The notes below the pieces were generated by a model. It made no database searches. It was not told the DNA's origin and worked only from the letters and a program-made list of their open reading frames with translations. Shown one piece after another: positions 52,001 to 64,000 of a DNA stretch of 64,000 nucleotides. The first letter of the stretch is position 1. Each line of letters opens with the position of its first letter. The position numbers and the translations under genes are program-made. Source of the stretch: Octopus sinensis (taxonomy: Eukaryota); assembly GCF_006345805.1 (NCBI RefSeq), contig NC_043005.1, positions 24,118,001 to 24,182,000 of the forward strand, written 5' to 3'.

Positions 52001-54262
52001 TCTAGTAACTCTCCCACTTCACAGACTTAACGTGAAATCAATTGATTTCTAACAGTACCAGAATACTAAAAATGTCTCACTTCAGAGTACAGATATTTTT
52101 TCATCTAATTCTGCAATTTGTTGGTAACTATTTGATCAGTTTCGGAGCAGAATTTTGAATCTGGTATGCAACATGTAGTAAATTCGATAAACAGAGTAGA
52201 ATGAACTTGCATGAAGAATGGAAATTCCAACGTTTCGGATATAATCCTGTTGGGAAAATATGAAATAAGAGATGACAGAGTTTCTTATCTTTTAACTAAA
52301 ATGTAATACTCTGCTGATCCTCATTTATTACTCTCTTCTCTATGAAATACAGATTTTCCAAAAGAGAGAGGAGCTCTTATGGTTTGCAAAGTTTTTCCGG
52401 CCCTTTACTTTCTGAGTTCGAATTATTCCTTCTCAATATTCTACAGTTCCTTAAATTATTATGCTTCTTGCCATATTTCTGGCGATATCTGTAGTGAGCT
52501 ATTTGATCCTGTGTAAAGGTCAAGAATCCTTATGACTTATCTTTAGATTCTATGTCTCCCAACTAGTTTTGCACTTTTTTTCTTCCATTTAATTCGAGTT
52601 TTTATTTGCCGTGTAATAGCTTTTCTTCTTGTTGCTTTGTCGTTGCATTCAATATCCACATTTTAGTTTAGTTTCCAACTTTTTCATAATATCTATAGTT
52701 TTTGTCTTTCCTTCGCGTCTAGTCATTTATAATTTAGGTTTCTTTGAAGATAGAAAACAGTCATTTGTTTTGTTGGCATTTTGTTGCTATTTGTTTAATG
52801 TTTACTAGATATTTTAGTAGCCCTACAGAGGATGCTAAATAAAACGTTATTTTTCTTGTGTTTCCATTTTGTATTACTAGTTCTACTTGCGAAAATATAA
52901 TATCTTATTATTAGGAGACCTTGAGTATTGAAGCTTATTTCCTTTTTGTTCAGATCCTGTAATGCTCATATGCTGTCACTGACCCTGGTTTGAGTATTTT
53001 TCCATTTTCCTGTTCTTTCGCAGACAGTCAGCTAACAGCATCCCAATGCATACACAGTTTATATTCCTTTCGTTCTAATTTACTGTGCTAACTCAAGAGT
53101 TGATTGATACTCTCGCTTCCTTTCTTGCAGATTCTGTGCACGACTTGGTAATCTCCCATCTTGATAAGCAGTGCATGACCTTGCAGGTGGGGCATCACCA
53201 TTTCTCTCGCTCCTGATCAGAGATTCACATATCGCTAGCCGCTAAGGAACATGCCCAACTGGTTAAGGACAAATAATTGACAATCAAATCAGTCGTACGC
53301 ATGTGTGTATATGTATGTATATATTCGTGTATATACATATCTGTGTTTGCGCATGTATCCGTGCATATGCATGTATCTGTCTGTCTGTCTGTCTGTCTGT
53401 GTGATTGTGTGTGTGATTTTTGTGTGTGTGTTTTTGAGTGCATGTGTTTGTGTGTGCGTTTGTATCTGTATGTGTGTTTGTGTGTGTATTCATGTGTGTG
53501 TATTCATGTGTGTGTGTATGTGTGTGTGCGTGTGTTTCCAGACGAGAGCGCGGCTACCTAATGCATGGTGTGAGGTCTATTCATACCATTTTGATGATTT
53601 CCTTTACTGCTAATCAAAGGTTTCCTGTCATTTGTGAGAGTCTCTGTCAACCATTTCGTATAAATAGGTTTATCAAACATATCTATATCCTAAATACTAA
53701 ATATGTAAATTTTAAATTTTATATTTATATAAAACTGAATAATTTAAAATACTGCATAATTTAATTAATTCTGTCTGCAGTAAAAGAAATTACTGCTGTT
53801 GCAATAGAATATATTTGAAGAATATAACTTGATTAAAAATGCAAAAATTATAAGAGATCTTCTAATTAAATACATTTCAGTATCGCTTAGAATTTCAGAA
53901 AATCATTAAACGGAATTAACGGAAAAGGAAATATATGCTATGTGGTAAAGATAATTTCCAATCCATCTTTTGCGTCCAGGTTTGGGCCCACAATATGGCG
54001 ACTGAGATAGTGTCATCAAGTGTTGATCAATTCTTGAGACTGGAATTTAGAAGACAGAAATTCTGTGGCGTCCCCATATATATATATATACACACAACTT
54101 ATATATAAGGGCTAAAGAAAATTATTTCAATGCCAATATGCTGATAACGGACTTTTAAATCGTCAATTTCCACATATTATTTATACTCGCTACAGAAAAA
54201 AACACGAAGAACTGAAATCGGGGAAGCCGGCTGATAGAATTTTTTTTAAAAAAGTTCGTTAT

Positions 54263-54322
54263 TTCTATATTGAATCAATTTCGGAATTAATCTCATAAAA
54301 GATTCTTTCCTCTTCAGTAGAA
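54263..54322 (-). ncRNA. Type I hammerhead ribozyme motif, apparently intact
   Basis: Minus strand reads TTCTA-CTGAAGA-GGAA(AG AATCT TTTATG AGATT AA)TTCC-GAAA-TTGATTCAA-TA-TAGAA. 5-bp stem I, G10.1-C11.1 stem II, near-palindromic stem III, AUA triplet. Confidence 0.85.
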
Positions 54323-54408
54323 CATACGAAAGGATATAATTAAGATACTTACATGCGCGCATGGAAAAAAGCCGAAGCAAAAATCATGAGTACATATCCT
54401 TTCGTATG

Positions 54409-54469
54409 TTCTACTGAGAGAGAAAATAATCTTTTATGAGATTAATTCCGAAATTGATTCAATATAGAA
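54409..54469 (+). ncRNA. Hammerhead motif copy with altered core (CTGAGAG)
   Basis: Same family as 54263-54322. Stems I and III and GAAA are kept, but the core and start of stem II are changed. Confidence 0.65.
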
Positions 54470-54922
54470 ATAACGAACTTTTTTTTAAAAAATTCCATCG
54501 GCCGGCTTCCCCGATTTCAGTTCTTCGTGTTTTTTCTGTAGCGAGTAAATAATATGTGGAAATTGATGATTTAAAAGTCTGTTATCAGCATATTGGCATT
54601 GAAATAATTTTCTATAGCCCTTATATATAAGTTGCTTATAATTTTAACCGTAAAGGTATTTTAATAAGCTGCCACATTTTTTGATGGAATTTTTTTCTGT
54701 TAAGAAAACTTCATCCTATATTAGTAGTAGACTTATTACTACTCGCTATAGGGACTGGTAACCACTATAACCTGTAGTGGAGAACAGTCAACATGTTGTG
54801 CTGAGGCTGACCAAAAGATTTTATTTCTAGATATATCTGGGATACTTAAATGTGCTCATGATTTTTGCTTCGGCTTTTTTCCATGGGCGCATGTAAGTAT
54901 CATATTTATATCCTTTCGTATG

Positions 54923-54982
54923 TTCTACTGAAGAGGAAAGAATATTTTGTGAGATTAATTCCGAAGTTGATTCAATATAGAA
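54923..54982 (+). ncRNA. Hammerhead motif copy with GAAA>GAAG change
   Basis: TTCTA-CTGAAGA-GGAA...TTCC-GAAG-TTGATTCAA-TA-TAGAA. Confidence 0.7.
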
Positions 54983-55460
54983 ATAAGGGGCTTCAAAAAA
55001 ATTCTATCGGCCGGCTTCCCCGATTTCAGTTCTTCGTGTTTTTTTTCTGTAGCGAGTAAATAATATGTAGAAATTGACGATTTAAAAGTCTGTTATCAGC
55101 ATATTGGCATTGAAATAATTTTCTATAGCCCTTATATATAAGTTGTTTATAATTTTAACCGTAAAGGTATTTTAATATGCTGCCACATTTTTTGATGGAA
55201 TTTTTTTCTGTAAAAAAACTTCATCCTATATTAGTAGTAGTAGTAGTAGTAGTATATATATATATACATATATATATGTATGTATATATCCATATATATA
55301 TATATGTATGTATGTATGCATGTATGTGTATATATATATATATATAAATGTATGCATATGTGTGCATTAAATATGTATTTATGCGTGTATATGTATATAT
55401 ATACGTACATATATATATATACATTTATATACACATATATATATGTATGTATTTATGTAT

Positions 55461-55494
<34 letters not shown>

Positions 55495-55914
55495 TTATTT
55501 ATTTATTGACCACAGGGAGCAAAACATAAAGGGGATAAACAAGGACAGACAAATGGATTAAGTCGATTACATCAACCCCAGTGCGTAACTGGTACTTATT
55601 TAATCGACCCTGAAAGGATGAAAGGCAAAGTCGACCTCGGTGGAATTTGAACTCAATACGTAACGGCAGACGAAATATCTATTTCTTTACTACCCACAAG
55701 GGGCTAAACACAGAGAGGACAAACAAGGACAGACAAACGGATTAAGTCTATTACATCGACCCCAGTGCGTAACTGGTACTTAATATATCGACCCCGAAAG
55801 GATGAAAGGCAATGTCGACCTCGGAGGAATTTGACCTCAGAACGCAGCGGCAGACGAAATATCGCTAAGCATATCGCCCGACATCCTAACGATTCTGCCA
55901 GCTCGCCGCCCCAT

Positions 55915-56832
55915 GCCTTTAGTCAGATGTACTGGCTGTCTTCCAATGAGCGGAAAAGAATAATATGCTGCTGAACGATGTAGAAATTTGAGTTGTTCCA
56001 CTTCGGAAAGTGGACACCCTGAAACTCCCATACTCCCTTCCTTCAGGTGAAACACACATGGCATTCAACAACATTAGAGACTTGGGAGTAATTGTGGATA
56101 ACATCATAAGCTGGGCCGCTCATATAAACAGCAAGGTTGATATGGCTTGCAGAATGTGCTCCCGGATTCTCAGAACTTTCCAGTTGAGAGATATCCCTAC
56201 CATTATCTTTCTCTTCTTTACTTTTGCTCGACCCCACCTTGAATGCTGTTGTCCACTGTGGTCGCCTCACACAAAACAAAGTATCATGAAAATTGAAACA
56301 TCTCAAAGGTCAATTGCAAAAATGATAGATGGCACGACAGGCCTTGACTGTTGGGATCGACTAGAAAAGCTCAAGCTTTATTCTGCCCAACGCCGCCGTG
56401 AGCGCTACATTATCTGCATTATGTGGAAAATATTCCATCAGCACTGCCCAAATGATGTTGGCATCACCTTTAAGATACATCCAAGACTTGAACCCCTTGC
56501 TATCCGTCCACAACATAAATCATACTCGCATCACATAACAACAATACTGCACAATTATTTCACCTCAATTGGCCCCGCTCTCTTTAACATTACACCAAAA
56601 CACATTAAAGCAGAATCAGAACCCATAATGTTCAAGAAATCTTTGGGCAAATTCCTTGAAAAAAGTCCTGGATAAGCCTCCTACACACGGATATGTCACC
56701 ATAAACAATAACTCTCTCTTCGATTGGGACATATTGTCCGATTCCTGATTTGAATGACTTTGCCGGGTGGTGTTCGTAAGTTAGCCACGTCCTGGGCCAA
56801 TACTGGCCGAAACCTATCAAAGTATCAAAGTA
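55915..56832 (+). mobile_element. 5'-truncated CR1/L2-like LINE fragment
   Basis: RDLGVIVD...ILRTFQLRD...RPHLECCCPLWSP...DRLEKLKLYSAQRRRERY; ends in an ATCAAAGT repeat. Confidence 0.9.
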
Positions 56833-56838
56833 TATGTT

Positions 56839-56872
<34 letters not shown>

Positions 56873-56974
56873 ATATACGCTCTTATTTGTTATCGAAATG
56901 AGAGGATCAACATACATTCCGTATATTGATATTTTCTCTGAATCGCATTTAAATTTCAAATTTTAAGTTTTTAA

Positions 56975-57059
56975 TTCACCTGAGGAAAATGGTTCTTTTC
57001 CATGATGTAATCAGTTTATTCATCAATAAAAAAATCGCGCATGAAACAGCTGTAGTGAA
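56975..57059 (+). ncRNA. Type I hammerhead motif with extended (about 55 nt) stem II region
   Basis: TTCAC-CTGAGGA-[AAATGG...CGCGCAT]-GAAA-CAGCTG-TA-GTGAA. Core and stems I and III are perfect; the base of stem II pairs poorly in this copy. Confidence 0.7.
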
Positions 57060-58309
57060 CTTTAACCCAATTGTGTTCTTTATGTATATATGCATGTATA
57101 GAATCAAGATATAATAATGAAGGATGGAAGTTAAGCATCTTTGATTGATTAATTAATTACAAACTTTTTCTGCATATTAAATTCCGACACGTGTTTCTGA
57201 TGAATAATGTACGAGAATCCTTTGATATGATAGTTTTGTGCATCTAATCGATCTATATCAAATGAGTTGTAGCACGAATTTTGATCCAAGGGTCTTACAC
57301 AGCTTTTTCTCCAATGTGTTTTCTATGCTTGCATATACAAATATAAACACTCACGAAGCCTATGGATTCTTCTTCCACAAGTCTCTCCCTTTTTACGCAG
57401 GTAAGTGTGATTTCATGAAAATTGTCTGTTACATCTGGCAAGTTGTGTGACAATGTAGAAGTTCTCTTGTCCGGTCTTGTTGTAGTTTTTTTCTCAAGTT
57501 TATACCTTTCAGCTGGAAGACATAAACACATCTGAATTCATAGATAACTAAAAAAAAAAGAAAGAGAACAAAATTTGATGAAACAAACAAGACATATGTA
57601 GCGTTAGTTTTCAGACAGAATAATAACTACTGCCATTAAAGTTTATTTATTATTCTGTCCCGTATATCTGATATGATTTAGTAATAATACCCATCTGTTC
57701 AGTATCGTCTGATGGAAGCTTCATTTATATCACACAGTACTGAAATGGCAAATATTTTCCCTCGTTATCTATGTTTTTGAGTTAATGTACGTATTAGATG
57801 TGTATTTAGATATATGATAACTAATAGAAACCAAGGAAACAAGAAAGAAATAGGAAAGAAATGAAGTAATAAAATTCTTTTTATTTTCTTATTACATGTA
57901 TTTCGGCGAATTGCTAATATGAATGCAGAATATTAAAACAAAGGAAGAATAATAAACTCAATAGACAAAGGAACAACATTGGACCTATAAAAATATTTAG
58001 AAAGAAGAAAATGATTAGTTTAATAGGTGAAAGCAAAAGCCAAAACATTTTGTAATAAACAGAATATTTTTTTACATGCTGGGGCAGGAGAAATGAATCG
58101 TTCTGATGGCATCCTAGAGCAATTAGTTTAGTACCAATCTTGAATAATTGTCAGTACCAGCGAGAAAGTCATGCACAAAGAAGATATTCCAGGGAGTCAA
58201 TTTTCTGTGAACGAAAGACCAGGCGCAGGGATGACGGGTCTGAGGTGGATACCATATGGATGATGAAAGGGCGAAAAGCAGTTGGGACGGGTATGCTAGA
58301 GTGAAGAAT

Positions 58310-59185
58310 AAAATAAAGGTAACATGAGATGGTATCATGAGAAGCAGAAGTCACTATAAAAATGGTAGAAAATGCGAAGAAATAATGCTCCTAATCATGC
58401 ATTTTTTGTGCTGGACCGCGACTCGCGTAAGAATTTTATGGTCGACACTGGCGCTTCATGGAGTATCTGGTCGGTAAAGTTTGTAACGCATAAGCCTGTT
58501 CTCTCGAATTTCTCTGCTAGCTGTCAACCATTCTCCTATCGGCACGTTTGGGCAGACATCACACTCCTTGGTTTTGGCACTCCGGAGGGACTTTAAATGG
58601 ATTTTTGCGATTACTGATCCACCCTGTCCTATTCTCGGGACAGATTTCCTCCACCACTTCTCGCTGTTGGTAGGCCCTGGTCTTCACTTCTCCATTTGGT
58701 CCTCAAAAGAGCAACAGATTTCCGTCCAGTCGGCGATTATAGCAGATTAAATACTATTATGACCCTGGACAGATACTCTGTTCCAAGACTGCAGGATTTT
58801 ACTTCTACTTTGCATGGTAGTGCTGTCTTTTCTAAGGTTGATCTTGTCCGGTCGTATCACCAGATCCTTTAAATCTAGACGATATACCAAAGATTGACCT
58901 TACCAATCCTTTAGGTTCGTTTGAATTCCTTCCAATGCCTTTTGGATTGCGGAACGCCGCTAGCACCTTCCAAAGCTTTATAGACTAGATCATTCGTGGT
59001 CTCGACTTCGTTTATACTTATATTGATGATTTACTCATCACAAGTTCTACAAAGGAAGAGCATATTCAGCATCTAACGCTACTTTTTCAGCGTTTATGTA
59101 ATTATCAAACCAAAAATCATCCTGCAAAGTGTGTGTTTCGTTCTGCGTCGTTGGAATTCTTAGGTCACAAAATCGATCTTGCAAC
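58310..59185 (+). mobile_element. Ty3/Gypsy gag-pol fragment (protease plus RT), decayed and internally deleted
   Basis: WYHEK (gag knuckle remnant), FMVDTGAS, ILGTDFLHHF, GDYSRLN, FSKVDLVRSYHQ, MPFGLRNAASTFQ, YIDDLLI, LEFLGH. Confidence 0.9.
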
Positions 59186-59395
59186 CTTTTCAATTGTCTT
59201 TTAAGAGTCAAGACTATTGAAAAGGTTGCAAGACGCCACGAAAATTTTAGGAAAATAAAAATAAGAAATAATTGGAAATTTTACCGGTGAGTGTGTTAAA
59301 TTATAAGGCACAAAAAGAAAATGACTCTCCCCAGACACAAGAGAGTATTTACTTCGAGTTCCACTGCTAAAATCGATTTATTACACCCCACCACA

Positions 59396-59431
<36 letters not shown>

Positions 59432-59699
59432 TATTCTACATAAATAAAGGAATTCGCGAACGCAGGAGGATTGTGAAAACAGCTTAGAAAAACGTGACCT
59501 GCAAGATTCCAAACGGTAGACGTTAAAGAGAGACTCAAGCGCCGAACGTTTCGTGCATTGTTACTAATAATTTGCTAAGTGCCAATGAACAAAGATCTCC
59601 ACCCTTGAGTCACGCATGCCGATTAATAATAAAATAATATATAGACTCATACTTTTAGTTATGTTTTCTTGTATCAGCAAAGTTATATCTATATATATA

Positions 59700-59745
<46 letters not shown>

Positions 59746-59920
59746 TATACTTCCAAAAATAGTTTCAAGGGACATATAATCCTGGTGGTTAACGTTTTAA
59801 CTCTCAATGCCAGTTAGCCGCCACGAATGTTGGCGATACTTTAGTCTGTGATAATTGAATAGACTCAGTTATAATCCTCGCTTCATTAATTTCATTAATT
59901 CCTTTATATATATATATATA

Positions 59921-60420
59921 CTAGCAGTATCACCCGGCGTTCCTCGGGTTTGTTTCGACCTTTTAGAATTGAAATTTTTGGAAAGTAAGAATTTTGAATT
60001 ATGTAGCTTGTTATTCTCTTTAAGTGAACATTTTTCTGGTTGAAATACACCGAAAAATGGCGACACATCAGTCAAAACGTCATAAAAAATAGGAATTTTC
60101 ATAAAAAAAGCACCTTTTTTCATATAAATAATTTTTGGTGTTAACATGGTCCGATTTGAATTTTTTTTCTTCTACGGAAGGAAGAGCAATCCTTCTTCTA
60201 TCATACTCTCAATTTCTCCGCCGTGAAAATTGAAGTTATAGCTCAAAATATTTACCGTTATTCGTGGGTGCCTCGGGGGAAAATAGTTTGATGAAAATAC
60301 AGCTAGGATCATGACGAATGTCCTCCTAAAATTTGAGCGACATGTGTGCTAATTTGTGGATGTGCATAAACTATAATCATGTACACATACACACACAAAC
60401 ACATCCTGCCTTATATATAT
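59921..60420 (-). mobile_element. Non-autonomous Helitron
   Basis: 3' CTAG plus CCCGGCGTT hairpin. The 5' end ATATAAGGCAGGATGTG is shared with about 25990-26095. Confidence 0.65.
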
Positions 60421-60425
60421 ATATA

Positions 60426-60475
<50 letters not shown>

Positions 60476-60513
60476 TGTGTGTGTATGTGTGTGTGTGTAT
60501 GTATTTATATATC

Positions 60514-60583
60514 TGTAAATGTAATATGTGACAATTATTCGGTAGCCATGGCTACCGAATAATTGTCACGTATTACATTTACA
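60514..60583. repeat. 70-bp palindrome centred on CCATGG
   Basis: TGTAAATGTAATATGTGACAATTATTCGGTAGC-CATG-GCTACCGAATAATTGTCACGTATTACATTTACA, with one mismatch. Confidence 0.9.
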
Positions 60584-60762
60584 TATAACTTCCTCTATTT
60601 ACATATTATCGAGGTCTCTTTCATTCTTTTGTTGTCTTACCATTTTTATCAATATATATATATGTAGTGAGAATTTACAAAAAAAAACCCCACAAAAGAC
60701 GAAGACGCGTGTGTAAACAACAAACAGATGTATTAGTTTAACGCTCGAGAATTGAGAAAGTA

Positions 60763-60796
60763 TTTTACGTTTCGAGCCTACGCTCTTCAACAGAAA
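60763..60796 (-). ncRNA. Second copy of the CUGUUGA hammerhead variant
   Basis: TTT-CTGTTGA-A-GAGC(GTAG)GCTC-GAAA-CG-TA-AAA, with the same flanking repeat as the 43.6 kb copy. Confidence 0.65.
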
Positions 60797-60882
60797 GGAA
60801 CACAGAAATAAACAGGGCGGGAAAATAAAAAAAAGGTTTAGTGGATAGCGATCTCTCTCTCTCTCACACACGCACGCGCACA

Positions 60883-60944
<62 letters not shown>

Positions 60945-60954
60945 GTATATATAT

Positions 60955-61483
60955 AGTGGGTGGTTGCGATTTTCTTCACTACTTCTGGGAGTGACGACCC
61001 TGTCTGACACGAGTCCGGGTTCAGCTGGCTCGGCTGACAGTAACCTGTGTGAGCCTCTATCCAGGGGTACATAAAGGAGACAACCTTCAGAGAAATCCAG
61101 AGTGGAGCCCCGTAGTGGTTTAGTGTTCGGCTCGACACTCTTCCGGCAACTCCTGCAACCAAACTGGTACCAAACGTAATGCTCTGCACTACTATGGTCT
61201 ACGTCAGCAAGGTCGAGAGAGGAATCCTGACGATTGGACGACCCAGGATTTTCTTACATCTAGCCCAGGCCTGCGCATAACTGGAGAGGACACTTCAGTG
61301 CTGCTGTAAAAAGCTTCGCTACATCTGCGTCACCTGCCAGAGGGAGTGTTTGTCCAGGATAGGATTACGCAGCCACAGCAAATGTGAATGACATGAAGTG
61401 AAAAAACCAGACCGGATTATTTTATGCGCAACTCCATTGTCTCCCGAGACAAAAGGATGTCAACAACAACAAAAAACAACAAC
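60955..61483 (+). mobile_element. Short RTE-derived element, copy 1
   Basis: 3' part encodes C.TCQRECLSRIGLRSHSKC, the RTE C-terminal motif, and ends CGAGACAAAAGGATGT(CAA)n. The 5' part is non-coding. Confidence 0.7.
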
Positions 61484-61576
61484 GCACACACACACACACA
61501 CACACCACACACACACACACACACAACACACACACACACCACACACACACATATATATATATATATGTATATATAT

Positions 61577-62106
61577 AGTGGGTGGGTTGCGATTTTCTTC
61601 ACTACTTCTGGGAGTGACGACCCTGTCTGACACGAGTCCCGGGTTCAGCTGGCTCCGGCTGACAGTAACCTGTGTGAGCCTCTATCCAGGGGTACATAAA
61701 GGAGACAACCTTCAGAGAAATCCAGAGTGGAGCCCCGTAGTGGTTTAGTGTTCGGCTCGACACTCTTCCGGCAACTCCTGCAACCAAACTGGTACCAAAC
61801 GTAATGCTCTGCACTACTATGGTCTACGTCAGCAAGGTCGAGAGAGGAATCCTGACGATTGGACGACCCAGGATTTTCTTACATCTAGCCCAGGCCTGCG
61901 CATAACTGGAGAGGACACTTCAGTGCTGCTGTAAAAAGCTTCGCTACATCTGCGTCACCTGCCAGAGGGAGTGTTTGTCCAGGATAGGACTACGCAGCCA
62001 CAGCAGATGTGAATGACATGAAGTGAAAAAACCAGACCGGATTATTTTATGCGCAACTCCATTGTCTCCCGAGACAAAAGGATGTCAACAACAACAAAAA
62101 ACAACA

Positions 62107-62108
<2 letters not shown>
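61577..62108 (+). mobile_element. Short RTE-derived element, copy 2 (tandem duplicate)
   Basis: Near-identical to 60955-61483, with a period of about 622 bp that includes the flanking microsatellites. Confidence 0.7.
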
Positions 62109-62167
<59 letters not shown>

Positions 62168-62634
62168 GGCTAACCCCTTTTAAGATGTTATGTCTGCTTT
62201 TTGTATCCATCAGACCCTGCCCCGCAATCTTCCAACTCACTGCATGACATATTAAGCAAGTATATTTTAACATAACCATGCGTCTATCCAAGCGTTATAT
62301 TTTTCTATATATTAACATATCGATTTTCTTTTGTCTACCTTGCTACTGTATTCATATATCTTCTAAATGTCTTAAAAAATTTTGTCACATAATTACTAGA
62401 GGCTTTTAGAGCAAAGATATATTGAACATGATATATATGGACTATTTACATATTTAGCAATCTAGTTATTTATCGACTTCTATTTATTTTTTTCTACGTG
62501 TTCATTAATCTATGACAAGCAATGACAAATTTATCACCGGGAGACATATTTTCCTTATCATAATTAGAATATAAAATTAGTGTATCAATAATTATTACTT
62601 TAGAGGTACGTATCTTTTAAGACATTATGGTGAA

Positions 62635-62950
<316 letters not shown>

Positions 62951-63012
62951 AAACAGAAATAATAAATAGAATCAAAAGGAAGGGGGAGTACGATTCGACA
63001 GCTGTTTGATGA

Positions 63013-63114
63013 CCACTACACGTTTCGATACAACATAGAGCCAGATATACACACGATTTAAATTCAAATTATGTAATCTTGTATAATAGGACTTAGTTGT
63101 ATCACCTCAGGTGA
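63013..63114 (-). ncRNA. Degenerate hammerhead motif with very long stem II
   Basis: TCAC-CTGAGGT-GATACAAC...[about 60 nt]...GTTGTATC-GAAA-CGTG-TA-GTGG. 8-bp stem II base; A9 is replaced by U. Confidence 0.5.
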
Positions 63115-63194
63115 TATATAATCGCTGTCTCCGTAAGTAAATGTTTCATTTCGAGAACACGCTAGAATTGTTTGTATATCATAATAGTGTTTGC

Positions 63195-63575
63195 TGGAGG
63201 CGCAATGGCTCAGTGGTTAGAGCAGCGGACTCGCGGTCATAGGATCGCGGTTTCGATTCCCAGACCGGGCGTTGTGAATGTTTATTGAGCGAAAACACCT
63301 AAAAGCTCCACGAGGCTCCGGCAGGGGATGGTGGTGATCTCTGCTGTACTCTTTCACCACAACTTTCTCTCACTCTTACTTCCTGTTTCTCTTGTACCTG
63401 TATTTTAAGGGGCCGGCCTTGTCACTCTCTGTGTCACGCTGAATATCTCCGAGAACTACGTTAAGGGTGCACGTGTCTGTGGAGTGCTCAGCCACTTACA
63501 CGTTAATTTCACGAGCAGTCTGTTCCGTTGATTCGGATCAACCGGAACCCTCATCGTCGTAACCGACGGAGTGCT
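63195..63575 (+). mobile_element. tRNA-derived SINE, family C
   Basis: A box TGGCTCAGTGG and B-box-like GGTTTCGATTCC. Other copies at about 39660-39960(+), 40130-40480(-) and 20995-21350. Confidence 0.85.
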
Positions 63576-63619
63576 TCCATCCAGTGTTTGCTATCTGGTT
63601 ATTCTTAGAGATCAACGCA

Positions 63620-64000
63620 GTAGATGTACTGACAAGTTATATTCGTAGCCGCAGCTCATAACATCTCTTCAACTGAAGGGAGGTAAAATCATAGTCAGTT
63701 AATTTTGTAAACAACAACAAAATCCCGAATGAAACTCTATTGGCAAAATCTTGGGCGAGACAGTGTCACCATAGTTAGAAGCAATAACCAGGGCAACTAA
63801 TAACAAATATGCATTTAAAAGAACAAGTATGACCTCTTGTATTCTCATTCTGAATGTTCTCAACACATCTTCCGGCAGTCTTCTGTATGTTGTCCTATTT
63901 TCTTAACATGCACATGTAATGATACGCTACTCATTGCAATTTCCAGGTCTCGAACAGTTTGCAAATTTAGTACTGCATTTCTTTCAAGCCTTGTGTATAC
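63620..64000 (-). mobile_element. Decayed CR1/L2-like LINE fragment
   Basis: TVRDLEIAMSS...RKMC, then in another frame LRTFRMRIQEVILVLL; similar to the 56010 ORF. Confidence 0.55.

Larger units (their letters stand above)
54095..55240. repeat. Three copies of a unit of about 300-380 bp: one inverted, two direct
   Basis: 54095-54390(-), 54394-54730(+) and 54857-55240(+); each copy contains the HHR motif. Confidence 0.9.

Noticed and set aside
57180-57215. Hammerhead around CACGTG/CTGATGA
   Set aside because: CTGATGA and GAAA-CACGTG-TC are on opposite strands and do not make one motif.
63200-63275. tRNA gene
   Set aside because: The tRNA-like A/B boxes run straight into a SINE body that is repeated elsewhere in the window.

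Overview
AT-rich eukaryotic non-genic DNA. It is probably from a cephalopod of the Octopus type, which I infer from the tRNA-derived SINE families and the dense (TA)n/(CA)n/(TAA)n microsatellites. I could not support any intact host protein-coding gene, and most ORFs in the supplied track are microsatellite or antisense artefacts. The window is a transposon graveyard: CR1/L2-like and RTE-like LINE fragments, four R4/Dong-like restriction-endonuclease-type LINE copies embedded in (TAA)n, Penelope-like (PLE) remnants, one full-length decayed mariner plus other Tc1/mariner fragments, several Helitrons, a Gypsy gag-pol fragment, a probable solo LTR and many SINEs. The main hidden signal is a set of minimal type I hammerhead-ribozyme (HHR) motifs: stem I - CUGANGA - stem II - GAAA - palindromic stem III - UH - stem I'. 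They fall into at least six unrelated sequence families. Five loci are fold-back (inverted) structures, and each carries two outward-facing HHR copies, one per strand. One HHR family has a fixed non-canonical core (CUGUUGA). I also noted an in-frame mariner-HTH/PLE GIY-YIG fusion and a possible ancient GPCR pseudogene. All calls were made by eye, with no database searches.
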